This document shows positions 1 to 15,202 of a stretch of DNA of 64,000 nucleotides, one piece after another (positions within the stretch are counted from its first letter, which is position 1; each line of letters opens with the position of its first letter). The translations under genes and the position numbers were made by a program. Below the pieces are notes generated by a model. It ran no database searches. It was not told the origin of the DNA and saw only the letters and a list, made by a program, of their open reading frames with translations. Source of the stretch: Phoronis australis (lineage: Eukaryota > Animalia > Phoronida); assembly GCA_002633005.1 (NCBI GenBank), contig NMRA01000001.1, forward strand, positions 500,625 through 564,624. Direction: 5' to 3'.

Positions 1-1704
1 CTCTGTCTACACCTCGGGCGTCGCTGGTTTTCGCCCCTGTTTGCTCAATTTCCCCTAACTACCTTTAATTTATTAAACCGGCAGTGTTAACAGAAATCCG
101 ACACACATGCACGCGCACGATTATACGCGCGCAAACGCAAACACAGAAGAGAAGTTCTCTGGTAACACTGCAATGTAACCGACACCTGAAAACTGATGTT
201 AAATTCGATTTTATTATCGTCAAGTACTAGAATTTAGCTTAATGCCAAGACGTAAAAATTAATAGATTTTTATTTTTATCAATAGAGAACGACGAGAGCG
301 TATTTGTTCAAATTGAGAAGCTTTTGTCATTGTTTAAGAATGTCAACAGAAATATATTGAAAGCCAAGAGCAAACCTACGGGGAGTGATGGGGATGTAAT
401 GTTCCTCAGAGACAAATTTTCACCACAAACTTTACCCATCTGTGGCGTCTATCTCACTTTCAATTTTTTAACGTATAACACGCCTACTTACCTTTAGAGC
501 GCCCAATAAACTTCTACGCACCCTTACACCAGGCTTTCGATACAGTTCTTGGAATATTCTTAAAATTCCGTTAATGTTACTGATATATTTTATAATCAAC
601 AAAAATGAATAACGGTTTGGCTGCTCAATTTTCGTTACGTGAAATGGCTTTAGTTTGCATCTGAGAACACAAGAGCAGGTCACTTAGAAACACGTGACCA
701 ACATAAACATGGGCACAATACAACACGTGAAATTATACACCTGTGCAACTGTGAAGTGTCATTTATAACATAAGTGCACAAGTCTTTATAATAGCCGCAT
801 TCAGTGGACCAAGGCCAACGATAGTGGTGCCTTTTGAGTGATATTATTTCACCATTGCCATTTCAAAATATGTACCATGGTTCTTGGTTTTGGTCTCTCA
901 TGGCAGTTGCATTTCCGTCACCATTTTAAATGCAACGGTAATCTTGGTTTTTGATTGCTTTCCAGCTCGCACATAAATTCACTGTACTTTTGTTTTTGTT
1001 TAACCCACACAGTTGGTTGAAAGGAGACAGAAGCACATTAGCCTGTTTTGTAAAGCCCTTATTACCAACAATCTGAACACCGTAAGACCATTCTGTGTGC
1101 ACACCCTCTGAAATAAGCGATCATTACAGAATTTGCCTAGTATTACAGTGAAATCAAGGAAAGGAAATCTAAAATCTGAAATGGAAGAAGGACGTACATG
1201 ACAAATTATCTATCTTCCATACACTGCCTCATGTTCCCTTAATAAATAGTATTTTACGGGCATTTAACCAACCGTGAGCCTCCTGTGGAGACATCTATCG
1301 GTACAAGAACTAAACAGAATTGGCCATGCGCATCCCATGTATTACTGATGAAGTTTCTTTTGTACGGTTTCATAGTATTCATAGATAGTCACACTTTTCC
1401 TCGCTACCAACAGCAACATACTTCATTAAACTCGCCAAGAGAGATGACATTCGGACCTTTCATTCAAATTAGTGACACCTTGGCGTATTATTGCCAATTA
1501 CTTCGATCGACTGTTTAGGATCTTTGTAGCGCAGTTTTGCAAATCGTTTGCGTTTGTTTCTTGAATAAGTGACCGTTCCATTACAACTACGGTTGGTTGG
1601 AACATGGATTGACGTACATTAGATATATCGAACTTGGAAATTCGTATGATCAATTACTGTCTACTTTCCAAACACGACATGTTGGGATCTTGTTTCCGTA
1701 CATC

Positions 1705-1864
1705 GCAGTCAGTAACGCTACTATAGGACTTCGCTAAAACGACTTAGCGAGATTACGTGAGATATTGCCGTGTATTTTGAATGAGAACACGTGACCTTGG
1801 CTAAATTTCAGCTAGGTCCTAGCGTAGGTCCTAGCGTAGGTCCTAGCGTTACTGAACGCACGCC
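1705..1864. mobile_element. Short MITE, family E, copy 1
   Basis: Ends CAGTAACGCTA / TAGCGTTACTG are inverted. Internal (AGGTCCTAGCGT)x3. Homologous, in inverted orientation, to 17887-18036 and 23532-23650. Confidence 0.7.
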
Positions 1865-1869
1865 GGGTC

Positions 1870-2026
1870 CAGGGGCGGATCCAGGATTTTGAGTTAGGGG
1901 GGCAGCGCAGAATATTAGCCAGGATTTTGCCCGTCAGACATTCGCACATCCATACTGCCAAATGGAATCTTGGAGAATTTTAGGGTGGGCCATGGCCCCC
2001 TTGGCCCCCCTCTAAATCCGCCACTG
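1870..2026 (+). mobile_element. hAT5-like MITE with 5-bp TSD
   Basis: Termini CAGGGGCGGATCCAGGATTTT and AAATCCGCCACTG. Flanked by GGGTC on both sides. Related copies at 28664, 50554, 51080 and 54382. Confidence 0.8.
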
Positions 2027-3930
2027 GGGTCTTACATGCGCCGCCCACAGTCTATGGGAGGTGTACCACAGGGGGGGCTGGGGGGCTATAGCCCCCACCC
2101 CACTTTTTTCAGTGCTGCGCCACCCATGGTCTACAGTTGGCCGCAAGTGACATTTTGGGGCTAAAATTCAAATCCAAATAATCAGTTTGGGGATCAAGTT
2201 TGACCGCGCCCAACTTTGCACGACTGAGCGTATCAGTAAGTGTGTGCTGGCGATTATAGATGGCAGTAGTGTACGCGTATGATCTTTGTCTCTCCTCACG
2301 GGATTACGAATTTGCGATTCAAAATTTAGTTTAGGTATCATTTCCTCTTCGAACCCTTTAAAATTTTCAGGGTTCAACCTGACACATTTTCCCAAAGAGT
2401 ACCTTGCGCATGTTTTCAAATCTTTTATTTATAAACGCCCACTGGGTTGGGCTTGCATGCGGAATCTTCTATTAATGTGGAAAACGTAGTACAGCCACTC
2501 AGTAAAACACTGCCTATTACATAATGTGTGCGAAGCTGATCACTCCATAAAACATGCTGATTGTACAACGTACAGACTGTAGTCTCGCGATCATCGGACT
2601 CACAGTGCTTCCTCAATAGAGGCGATGCTACCTGTTAAATTGGCACATCTTTACAAGAAACACTAGAAGAAAATGTGAACACGAGCATCAAACGAATCCA
2701 TGACGGCGTTTTCCCGTTGCTCCCAACTTGTTCGATTCTATAGTCCAATAACAAGTTGGGAAGTTTACCCCTGTAGCCAATATCTTACACGACTAATTAA
2801 CTCCATTGCATTTATGGTTGGAGGGCCAGCTTTCTTTTGTTCGATAATTGCTCTAATAAGATCGTATTTACATGTAGGCCTATCCTGACTGGGTTGTGCT
2901 GTTAAGAATAAAAATTAAGTTATAACATATTTGAACATAAACCAATAGCATTTCTGAAATCTTTCGTCAAATGGTGATCATGTTTAGGTTTTGAATCGCC
3001 AAAATCGCCCAACTGCAACCGAAGTTACGACAATCTATTCTTTCCGAATGAGTTTGACTGTGTTCACACGTGGTCTGTAATAAGCCTGGTAGATAAGTGG
3101 CCTGCTTGTTGTCATAACAGACAAAAGACTGTGCTTGGCAGTAAACAAAGAAGCTAAATGTTATCACACGCTCAGAACTCCCTACGTCTGGTAAAGTCTC
3201 TGAACGGGAAAACGATGCACAAACCTACAAACTAAAATACGGTTATGTTGCATTCAAAACTAAGATTCAATGAAGTTCACACTTTGGTATACAACTCGCC
3301 GAACTGTTTTCTCCCTAAAACATACCAATCCGTTCTAAGCGTAGCATATAATTCTGTGGTGTTAATTTTCATCCTTCATACACGCACAGGCGCGCCCGCG
3401 CACACACACGCACACACTAGCAATACACGTGTACTAAGATACGTCAATGTGGCAGTCCGACGATATTATGTATCCATGAGCAACCGTTGACTGAACATTT
3501 CGCATCGTGAATATTAACACCACTGAACACACTGCCGCGCTTGCCTTAACAATCGCACATCCACAGTATAGGAACACTACAGAATATATTAGACTGGTCA
3601 AGACTTGAAACGTCTCTAATTATATCGTTGTGTTCGCAAATCAAATTTTCATTTTGTAACGGAGTTTTTTGCAAAAAAATTGTTTGTCTCAAATGGTGAC
3701 ATAAACCACGATCGTTGCAACAAAATGTCTTGCAATATTGAAGCGGAAACAAATTTTGACCAACAGGAACTCTTTGGAGAGTCTGCCGGACTGATTCTCT
3801 GAACATGATTCTTACATGTTTGGGATTGGCAATAACACGGTCTTTAAATCAAGCTGTCAAAATACTGAGATAGTTAACAAAGGAAAAGTTAACACCTCTT
3901 TCAACTGTTCAGGCAGATTACGTTGTTCTG

Positions 3931-4331
3931 GGCCCGGTCTCCAATCTTTTTACTCGAAATAGAACTCGAAATTAGGTTTGGCATTTTCTACTCTACTTTT
4001 GGGCGAACTGAAGATAAGTGTCTATTATTCTAAGCTCGAGTACACAATAACTTACGTAGATAATCTATTGCCCTTAGTTCACAGTTTGTAAACCCAATAT
4101 TAAAGCAATAAGTTAGAGTTTGAACTCGAATTTTCGAGTTTTTACTCGAGTTTGTAGCACGAATACAAGGGTCTTCAAGGGCAAACTTGAACTAGAAACT
4201 CCTATGCATAAACTATAATGTATTCGAGCACAGTCTTATAACCAATTATCTTAAGTTCGCACAAAAGGAGCAGAGAAATTGCCAAAAATAGTTTCGAGTT
4301 CGTTTCGAGTACAAAGATTAGAGACCGGCCC
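3931..4331. mobile_element. PIF/Harbinger-like MITE
   Basis: TIR GGCCCGGTCTCCAATC / GATTAGAGACCGGCCC, flanked by CTG and CTG. Repeated ACTCGA/TCGAGT motifs inside. Same TIR as 44859-46248. Confidence 0.8.
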
Positions 4332-4440
4332 CTGGTCACATTGCAAAGATAATGTTCTCTGAGGTTTTCCCGCGGGAAATATGACGTTGCACCGAAGAAG
4401 CTCGTGTCGCGTATGTGGCGATGGACTACTTCCATTCGAG

Positions 4441-5112
4441 TACAAAACGTACCGTTAGTGGAAGGTCGAGGTCGATACGCAGAATAATGTCTCGTGGGAT
4501 ATTACTTCATGTACGACAATCAAGGTATGTTTTTTATTTATCCCATACGCTTCGAATTCCTAATTTTTCATTTTTTCGCAAATTTTTTAAATACTTCACT
4601 CAGACTGTTCACGTGGCGGATTTCATCCTACATGTATGTACTTGCGCGATAGATTGCAAGCTTTCTCTAGTAAAAGAAACAGTTTTAAATGTAACAGAGA
4701 TGAACACAACGGTAACTTTGCACTGAACTTGTAGCATCTTCTGAAAATAGTTAAATAACAACAATATTAGCTATTGTAGTTATCAAGGAATCGGCGCCTG
4801 AGTTGCAGACGATATAATATTTAGCAAATGAAATCTGAGACAGAATGTCATAAAATTAACAGTCCTGTTTCAGGTGTTACGATTGAGACCTGATTGCATG
4901 TTGAGTGTTATTTACACTGCTACAGTTGTATTACTTTAAACTACTTTCCGAAAATTTGATGATCTAACCGGCTAACGACGTCGCGTCGACATTGTCCTAC
5001 CTTTTGAACTTTCCATGTCAGAGGTCACTGTTAAAGTAGTGCGGGAGGTGAATGCGGAAAACATTATTAAATGGCCGTATTTCCCTCGACAGATTCAACG
5101 CCCATGGGATAA
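4441..5112 (+). mobile_element. Dispersed non-coding repeat with hairpin-rich end (unclassified, possibly Crypton-like)
   Basis: 4860-5110 matches the reverse complement of about 58330-58580. The left end TACAAAACGTACCG also occurs near 42110 and, inverted, near 59850. Confidence 0.6.
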
Positions 5113-7142
5113 TGTGTTTAAACACCGTACGTCTGAGGTCCTTCAGGTACGAGATGATGGTATCAAGCAGTTGCACCAAAGTAACACGACATTGTCTTGT
5201 GCGTCTCTGACCAACTTGATCCGGGATCATTTTCTCATTCGTGTGGTAAAGAAACTCGTTCAAGAAAAGAATCATACAATTCTTCCACGTTATACTTTAT
5301 GGTTCAGTTGGACAACATATTCAAAATTTTCAAGTTATTCATTGTCGTTGCAATTTAATGGACCAAAGCGAAATAACACCGCATCGCCTCGGTTAACACC
5401 AATAATAGCTGTTTAAAACAAAAGGTTAAGAAACGTCGATTGCTCAGCCTAACTGCCAATGCTGGAACTAGCGATTTGTATTTAGGTAACTGGAAGCCTC
5501 AAGGGTGACGATTGTGAATTCAAGGCAAGTGGTTTGATCGCATTTTGGCAGCTGGAGTAACCATTCACGAAGGTATGGTGCCTGATCTCCAACAATAACG
5601 AAATGATCTATCGCAAGCTCCGACCCCTTGCGAAATGTCGACAAACAAACAATAAGCTTTACCTGCTAACGTGGTGTTTGTCGGGTAAAATGGCGGCTTG
5701 AAAACGCAGGTGTGTCAAGAATGCTGCGTTCGGTTAAGTCGTCACTCAAAATCCTGGCGATAGGTCAATTGTGATAGTTCTTTCCCAGCTCGGACCACTT
5801 GCTATCTGAGGAAAGACCTGATTGGAACTACATGAAGTTTTATAGCCCGAAGAGGTCTTCATCAGTTTTGTCTCTTTGAACCCGGAAGCAGTTTTTTTAA
5901 CTGCTAATTGTTCCTATATGTACTCGGACTGTCACATTTCCGGGGAAAACGGTACCAAATTTATTAACTAGTTTTAACATGGAATTTTTTTAAAGCCATG
6001 AATACAGTAATAAATATAACAACATACATTTTTGAAATAAAGATACAATTCAAGAAAGAAATGGGTGTTCAAATTTGAATGCGTTTTACGGCAGTAACGC
6101 TATTTTTACAATTACAGTGGACACTCGTCCCTCGGTTACGGCAAAACTGTTAGAAAGTCCAATGTCTATTTCTTAAAAACTAGATAAAGAAACGATGTTC
6201 GTACCGTTTGGATGGACGGAGAGTGAACAAGGAAGAACTGAACTATTTTAGCGCTGAAAAATTGAAACACCTTCCCTTTCTGAGTCGTCATGATTAAAGC
6301 AAACTCTTTTCGCGAGATAGCAAGACCCATTCCATTTCAAGTCATACTTTCGTGAAGGTTTTTCTCTGTAAAATGCCAATTTCATAAACGTAAAGGACGG
6401 CAGCGAAACGAAGAAGCGCACCGGCAATATGTTCTCAGTGTATTTTAGACCTACCACGAACCGTATCCTTTGGAAGCGTGGTCAGGATCCTCGTAACATT
6501 CTAGGTCCGCCATTGAGAGTGAGTGAAAATAGTCTCTTGATTATACGCGGCACAGCCATAAACACGTAGTTTTTCCCGAGAGACCCTTTTCGAAACAACT
6601 GTGCGCTGATTTGTTGCTGTGCACCGTTATGGTTTTGATAGTCATGTGTACAAACGACTGCTGATTAGTCTGCAAATACATACGTTCTCATAGCATTACT
6701 ATATACATATCTATGCATGTACATGTATGTATAAGTGTTTATATTTTATTTTGGTAATCATTTTAGTTTGGTTTTCAATTCGCATTATGTTTAATATGAA
6801 TTTGTCTGCATTTAGTGCCGCATATCTTCCAGGGATATATTTGTGTCTTAGATCTGTAAAAGGGATATAGCAAGCAAACGTGAAATCGAGGCTGAATAGA
6901 AGGCTGAACACAAACATCACATAGTCACCCATGACTATTACACTAAACCTTTCAGTCGGTAGGGCACCAGCACGCCCATGGGTCTAAATACGCCCATGTT
7001 TTAGCAGCCATGATCACCCGCGCATTCTGAGCTGCACGTGCAATATATTTCAGGCAGGATCATACTTCGCTTATGAAGTACCACTGGGGTTAGTGTCATT
7101 GTTTAAACCACAAAAAGTCAGCATTTCCCAGTACTCCTCTGA

Positions 7143-10100
7143 TACATTTTTTACTGGTATACAGAACATAAATACAGAGACATGTAAAACAAAAAACCAA
7201 GCCATTCTCACTCTTAACATACACACACGCACACACGCACCTGCCCACCCTCAATATACCCACTTTAAGTCAGGCAACAGTTATGGTTAACCACTTTCTT
7301 CAGGTTCCATGGTATTCGTCTAAATTACCATTATTTAATAAAATTCTTCTTTGAATATAAAATTCTCCTTCTAATATCTTAAGGAAATGACAGAAACTGG
7401 TAATTATTTTTTACTCCTGGATAGGTAAATAAAATGTTTTAATTGCAAATGTATCCAATTTAAAACTTTATTTTCATTACTTATGGGCATGCCAAAATCA
7501 TTGTTTTTTGCCAATAACTATATTTATACCTTTTACCAACAACACCCAACTGCGTAATTCTCCTATCAATGTTTTTATATTGCATTAGAAAAGGGTGTGA
7601 TCCACTGTTTCGCTTTGTGAATGGCAGAAAGTACATACATCGGAGTCCACCACGTTAATTTTTCTAAGAAAAGAGTTCGTTACAAGTATTCTATGTAATA
7701 GTTTAAACTGCAGTGTACATAACTTGAAATCATAAGTAGTTTTAAAAGACAATCACTTCGATAGTTATAACCTTCTTGAAATCTTTTTGGGCAATAGGAA
7801 AAATTTTGTTCTGGCAAACAATTACATATATCATTTTAAATATTGACGTGCAGTTTAAAAATTACGGATATTAAAAGGTATTATTGGTCCAAAAATCTTA
7901 ATTAATCTTAATTAATTGCATTTGTAATGGTGCTCTCCTCAGAAACCACCTAAAAGACTCATTCAGAGAACAATATTCCAAAAAGTGCGTAGATATATTT
8001 GAGACCTTTTTAAATTCAGTAAATGAGTAAAACCTGTTATTTTCATCAAGTAGGTCATTAATAAAAAGAACACCACCACTAGCATACTTGCTAAAGAAGA
8101 TAGATTTTCTGTCTATTAGTATTTCATCATTATTCCATAAACTTGTTGAGAGTAAATCATTCGCATCCTTATGGGACTGTTTACTTATGAAAAAAGATCA
8201 GTTATTTAGAACAAAAAGGATTGATTACTTCAGTATGATGTTCAATAAAATCATTTCCAAAATTTATAATATTTGACTTTGCAATCCCTGTTTCAAGTTC
8301 AAACAAATTCACCCATTTTGATTCAGAGGTAAGTAGTCTTTTTATCCATGAAATTTTTATAGCCTTGTCAAAAAGAATTATATTCAACATTTTAACTCCC
8401 CCTTCCTCATAAGTTTTAATTAATACACCTCTCTTCACTCACTCAACTTTGTTATTCCAAATAAACTTAAAAATGTTTGCGTTCAATTCATTCATAATAA
8501 TGTCTGATGGAGTATGCAGGGTTGTCATGAAGTGAATAATTTTTGGCACCATCAAGGTCTTCACCACCGTAACTTTCCCAAAAAAGGAGATCTTCTTCTA
8601 GACCAAATTTTGATAAGATTATTGGCTTCATCAATCCTCTCATTGTAGTTGATGTCAATCATGTTTTCTAGGTTAACTCTGAACTTGATACCTAGAATCT
8701 TAAATTCCGTCATGCCCCATTCCAACTTCCATCTCGCGTGATGGAAAACAGCTTTACAATTTTTTAATGCACAACCAAATAACATTTGTTTTGTAATAAT
8801 TTACTCTCAAACCAGACATTTCTGCATATTTACTCAAAACTTCCATAGTAGCTTCCAAACTACGCCGTGAACCATGTAAGAAAAACGTTTTGTCATCAGC
8901 ATACTGAGTAAGTATAAATTCATCATTTCCTATTTGAATGCCTTTAATTTCCCTATCTTGTTTCGTCATCATATCTAATATTTCAGCACATAAAATGAAA
9001 ACACATGGAGAAAGAGGATCACCTTGTTTACAGCCCCTGTGCAGAGTAACACTTCTGGACAGGAAACGGGGGTTTTGAACAATGCATGACACCGGACAAT
9101 TACAAAAGGTTTTAATCCAACGCTTAATTGAGGCCTTGAACTTAAAAATATCCAAAACTTAATTTATGAAGTTCCATGACAAGCTATCATAAGCTTTTTC
9201 TAAATCTATTTTAATAACTGCCCCGGTATACCATTTTTAACAGAAGTTCATAATGTCAAAGGTCAATCTTATGTTTTCATCCACACATCTCCCTTTTATA
9301 AATCCCGTCTGATCCGAGGAAATCATATATCCAAGTACCGTTTTCTTTTGTCTAGCAATACATCCGGATGCCAACTTGTAAACACTGCTGAGCACAGTTA
9401 TTGGCCTCCAGTTTTTTATGAATTTTTTAGCCTTATCTGGCTTTGGAATTAAAGTTACGACCCCAGTTTTTTTGCGTGTTTGACATTTCGATTTTTTCAT
9501 AGCTTTCATTTATGTGTCTTAAAACAAAATAGTCTAAATCTTTCCCGAAAAAGTTGAAAAATTTATTTGTGAAACCATCTGACCCGGGTTTTTTTCATTT
9601 TTTGAATTTTTCAATACAGAACAGAGTTCTTCATGTGTTATACGTCCCTCAAGCTCCATAGCAAATTATCGGGAAGCTTCTTTGAAACAATAAGATTCTC
9701 TATTTTACTTTTTTCAATAGAACTGTTGTCAGAATAAAGTTTTTCGTAAAAATTCGCGGCCACGTCTAGTATCTTTTCTTTATTTGTAATTATTTCTCCA
9801 TTTTCCAATTCTATTTCATACATAAGTTTGTTACGAAAATGTCTCAACTCTAAACTACAAAAATATTGTTTTGGGCGTTCCTCCTCTATCCTTTTTGCCC
9901 TGGATCTGACGTAATACCCTTTTAATTTCTCTGGCCTTATCTCTAGAAGAGCACTCTTTTCCTTTCTAAATATTCAAAAGTTCTATCATCAACACATTGT
10001 TCTAAATTCTCTGTTTCTTTCTCTAACTTATTCTCTTGACTATATATTTCTTTCTTTTTTGAATAGAGTAAAAAGAGTATTTTTCTTATTTCCATTAACA

Positions 10101-11010
10101 GCACATCCAAAAATAGTTGATCATTTATAACAAACTGAATCACACTGTTCAAAATATTTTGAATTTTGGCTAAATGGTATACCGGAACGGCATATTGCTT
10201 TTTAATATCAGTTATTGTATCTTGACCGATGTCTACATATTCCTTGTCATTTAAAAGTGAATTTTTAAATTTCCAGAGTCCTTTACCTCTCGTAATTCTT
10301 CTAAATTTTATGTTTAACAAGACCCCAGAATGATCTGATCGGTAACTTGGAGTTATAGAAATTCTGTGGACACGATGCATCAAAGTTTTGGAAACCAGCC
10401 TAGCCTGTTTAATTGGATTTTTTCTTCGCCAAGTGAATCTTCTCTTTGAAGAAAAAAATTCTCGAAAGGGATCACAAACATTAAACGTATTAATCATTCC
10501 CTTAAGAAATTTTGTAACTTTTGCATTATTACAAAATCTATAACTGCAATTATCCAGTTCTTGACTCAGAACTAAATTAAAATCTCCACATTAAATAAAC
10601 TTATCAACATCAATCTCTTCAATTATCGAAAATATATTACTATAAAAGTCCGGGTTATCAGTATTTGGACCGTACAAATTTACAAGAATAATCCTATCTC
10701 CCCCGGCTCCACAATTAATTCTATAATAACATAATTTCCCGTAGGGTCCTTTCTCACATTTTGAACAGTGAACTCAAAGTTATTGTTAAATAGTTCGAAT
10801 AGCAACTCCTCTTGAGTTGCTCTGGTAAGAACTGAAATAGCTAGTGCATCCCCAATGAGATTCAATGTACGGCTCCAAATCACACGGAAAGTGAGTGTCT
10901 TGTAGACAATATATGTTAAATACTTTACTTGTTATATAATTAAAGACATCTCTTCTTTTTTCTGGGGTTCCTAAACCCTGGCATTAAACTGAAAAGATAT
11001 TAATTCCGAT
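7143..11010 (-). mobile_element. Decayed L1/Tx1-clade LINE (ORF2 endonuclease + RT, many frameshifts and stops)
   Basis: Minus-strand fragments are colinear: endonuclease (YCLQDTH near 10900, FTWRRKNP, YRSDHS), RT (NWRPITVL, DQTGFIKGR, GCKQGDPLSP, QYADD), then EEGGVKM and an AT-rich 3' end. Confidence 0.93.
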
Positions 11011-11564
11011 TCTGATACAGTTTTTATTTATTTGTTAACACGTGCCACGTTCAGCCGCTCGATCCTCCACCCCGGCACCGCCAACCGATTACGAGGAACG
11101 AGTCGTCATTACTTAGATGAGGTCGAAATTACTAATTATTACTATACCTTTAAAACACTGTGGCAAGAACACGGTGTTGGATAATGAAAATCCCAAATAA
11201 GTACCTCTTCGCTCAAGATTGTAATAAATTTGACAAAAAATGCAAATCTTTTCTTCCGTCGATGCCGGGCACATAAAGTATATCACAGACCACTTCAACT
11301 GTAAATAAGTTGGACACAATTTGTTGCGAAAAATATGGATTAGAGCATCAGATGTCTTTATTCTCTAAGCAAAATAAGTTTTCAGCAAATACCGTTCACA
11401 TAGCAATCGTTAATATACGAGAAACCAAACCCAAATACATAGCGAACGGAACAGCACCGGCGATCCTAGTAGCGATATCCGTCCAGTGTTTTAGTGGGGT
11501 GCAGCCAAACACATTTTGGCATTTGAAAATAGTCCCTACGCAACGTAACTTACGTTCAGTGCTC

Positions 11565-14500
11565 AAGGTCATACGGTGGACTTTGGGCACCTACTTATTT
11601 AAATGGGGCAACTTGATTTTTTCTGTATGGCTAGTTATACCATTAAGCAATTGATACCATAAAAGTTCCCACGTTTTAAGTTGCACTTTTTTTATAGAAA
11701 AGCAGTTTTTTGTGAGTCCAAATGTTACATTATTGAACAAGAGGTAGCGCTAAATCCAACAAAAGACTAGCAAAAGATGGGATTTTAGCCAATCACAAGC
11801 TCAGAAATTAAGTAACTGTAGACCTAATCTAATATGGCGGCTCCCTTAGAGATGCTGTTAATAAATGCTGCATACACTTTCAAGCACTAAACTCATATGA
11901 TTTGCTGAGTTTCTCGAAAGTGACATGGGCAAAGAGCATTGACTGTGTGAAAGAATGACTTTCCCTTGGAGATGAAGACAGTAATGAGCACAATGTGTGT
12001 CACCAGTTGGCATTTGCATCAAGTAACTTCACGGATTCGCGTGGCCGTGGCCGTGGGTTTCAGGCACTATAGTATCACAAACCATGTTATACAAGCTTAC
12101 TGGCGTTACAAAGATTGAAAGAGCAAAGAGGACAGATTGCGAAATTATAAAGTATGCCGAGAATAGAACTCCCTGATTACGACCAAGATGATGATGAATG
12201 TTAAATTTTTCCTGGGAGTATGATAAATTGATGCAAGTCACTGAGTCAGTGCCTCAATAGGAAACATGTCACTTCATACTCAAGTCAACACGTACCCAAG
12301 TCAAATTTCAAAAGTATTTCAAAACTATGTAATTTGGCAAAGTAGTGATTAAAATCAATCAATCGTGCCATATTTATGCAAAGCGACTCAATATTACCCG
12401 TTATTTAGTGAACGAAAATGAAAGTTTATTAGTAATGTTTTTAGCACGGGTACTAGTTGACTTAGGTGCGAGTTGGCTAAGGTAAGAACTGACTGGAAAC
12501 CCTCATATGCACAACTCGTAAAAAGACTGTGTTCCCTGGATTCTGTGTCTGGCCTGCTTGTGTTTGGATCGATCATCCAGACAATTCACTGAATAATCGG
12601 TCCGTGTGATGGCATTCAAATGCAGGTAAGGCAAATAATCCAATAACAATGTGACCATTTTTCTTCAGTGTACATTGTTATTTTATCAGTATTCATAGCT
12701 CTGGGCATGGTGTAAGATATCTATAAAAATTATACTTTTTGTAATGTCCAGGGATGGGGGAGAGGTAGTCTCCATACTCGAATCTCAGCTCGAAAACTGA
12801 CCAATTGCATGCCACAATTCTAGTAAATTCACTTGAGTTGTGCACTGTGGATAGTTAGGCTTTGAGTCTGAGTTTGAAGATTACACCCTGGGCCCAGGTG
12901 ATTGGCCATCAATGTCATTATTGAAATCAAATAAATGTTGGAATGCCGTGCGGTTACCGATGAATAAAAATATAAAATAGTCCATAGCACGCCCTTGACA
13001 AAGAGCGCATCGCTCAAAACGTGGGGATATTTTTTATATATTTTACTACCGACGCTCGTCGTTTTAGTTAAACTAGTTCTACTATAATGTAATCATTGAC
13101 TACAGAATGCACCTATATCTGGAGCACCACCATTAACATTTTCAAGCTACTTTTACTCTCATGTTTTGCTAAAAGGCACATAGGTGCCTGTATTTCAGAT
13201 ATAGGTGCAGCTTCACACATATGGTTGAAGAATAACAAAGCACATCAAATATTTTGAGAACAGTCATTTTTATTTAGTTTTTACTCATTCAACATAGTTT
13301 GTTGTTGGTTTGCTTTCAAAGTAATTTTGTACAGTGTTGTTGGAACACTATCTTCAAAAGTTCTACTTATTGTGTTTTTTTGAAATAACAAAATTTATTT
13401 GAGTGAAAGTTCAATTTGGATTGTAAAGACTTGTGTGCATATCTGAAAATGTATGTTAACTTTCAAACTAAAATTTGTTTTCAAGACCATTTTGCATACA
13501 AACCCATGAGTATCTTTTTCACTTTTGAGCACAACACGTTAGGCCGTGTATATGCATGTCTTGTTTTGAGTGTTTACTATCTGTCTTTTGATCATTCTTT
13601 TTACTTTCATTCAGTTATTGCACTAAAGAATTGAGTACATGTCAACATCTATCATTTTGTAGGACAGGCCTACAATGCTTTCAATATTTTTAAACTCTGA
13701 CAACGGTTTTTATTTTTAATTTGCTTGGTTATAGGTGGGTTGTTTTTGGATGCTGCTATGGCCGGAAATAGCATGGACCTTTTGATCGTACTACAGGGAA
13801 GAGATCTGGTAGCACTCGAATCAAATACCATGTTCTTGCTACAAAAGCTTCACAAGACTACTGACAAAACAGAAGTCTAACGATAGTGAAATTTTCACAG
13901 ATGTACTTCAAGAGTTTTGCTTTGAAGTTGTGGAGCAACGAATAATCTCACATGGGGAAATATTGCATTTGACTCTGTTAAAGTCACTGTTGGAGGAAAC
14001 TTTATCCAAAAGAGGTTGTAATGAAATTACTGAGAATTTACCCTATTCTACAATTCCTTAGTTCAAAACGGAATTAGAGTGAATTGTTGTTCAACAAAAA
14101 TTTGTTCTTCTATAAATGCTGGACTAAAATGCACTGAAATGTGCAACTGCCAAAACTGTGGGAATGTCAAAGTTAGTGATGGAATTGAGTCAGTTGATGA
14201 GTAACAGTGTGATGGACTTACATCCCAACCGGTGGAACTTGGATAGACATCTCATCAAGTGACAGAAACCAGGCTAGTAACTGGCCAAGTGAGCCTGGTG
14301 ATTTGTGAAACATTTTTCTATTTTGATATTTACATCTCTAGTAATGGCTTTTTATGTTGTTACTTTCTTGGCATTTTGCACTTCATCCAATTGCATTTGT
14401 TGCTATTCTATACATTTTTGTCGCCATTTTTGAAAAATTGTATGCTTTGGACTTGTAGCAGTGATTGTTTTTGTGTGACAGATTAGTAAATATGTGATAA

Positions 14501-14938
14501 AATAAATGTGAGTCATAGACAGTTTGATAATTATAGTTTTACCAACAGTAAAAACAGCATAAAACACTATGAATGGTAGTTCCATATTTCACCAACAGGT
14601 GGCACCCATAAATTCATATTTTTCCATAATTCTACGTTTTAATTGAAAACTACAACAAAGTTTGTGTTTATTGTGACCTGAATACAGCCTGTAGGAATGT
14701 TATCTGCAGTATCATCCTTTATGGACACTTAATTTGTTTCTTTTCTAACTTTTTTTAATTCCATGTAAATTGTGCTGAATCGGCACAATTTTAACATCAA
14801 ATTTCACAAAAATGTGCATCTTTAAACGTAGGAACTTTTTTGATTCATAAAGTATAATGATCTGTGACATCAAAAACACCTGAATTAAATTGTCCCCCTA
14901 AAATGGTCACAGAAGTGGTTTTCCAGGCCTGTGGCCTA
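11565..14938 (+). mobile_element. Academ-like DNA transposon deletion derivative, copy 1
   Basis: Remnant GRDLVALE motif near 13800 (copy 3 reads on as VTYHRSCY). Cys cluster GLKCTEMCNCQNCGN at 14120-14165. Right end GTGGCCTA is shared with copies 2 and 3. Imperfect subterminal inverted repeat AAAAGTTCCCACGTTT. Left boundary uncertain. Confidence 0.65.
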
Positions 14939-15159
14939 CAGCACTGTGTCCGTCCTCCAATATCGTGTCCTCAGTTGCGTTAAAGCAACCATCAGCGTAC
15001 TCTTCACTTAGCGGGAACCGACCGTCATCAAGATCGTGGTCCTCTGTGAGTTCTCTGTAAGAAAATTAATTGTTTTGCTCATAACAGTCCATGCCAAGCT
15101 TCAGTAATTTGTCCATTAATTACCAACAAAAGTTACTCGGAAAGGGTTTACTAGACAGA

Positions 15160-15202
15160 GAGAGGGGGAAGGAGGGTGAGAGGGGGAAGGAGGGTGAGAG
15201 AG
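15160..15202. repeat. Purine-rich short tandem duplication
   Basis: GAGAGGGG(G)AAGGAGGGT occurs twice in tandem. Confidence 0.7.

Noticed and set aside
14942-14948. RSS heptamer (CACAGTG on the minus strand) beside the right end of Academ-like copy 1, with CAGTGCT near the left end
   Set aside because: The other two copies end at GTGGCCTA without it, and I see no nonamer or 5-bp TSD. It is treated as flanking sequence.
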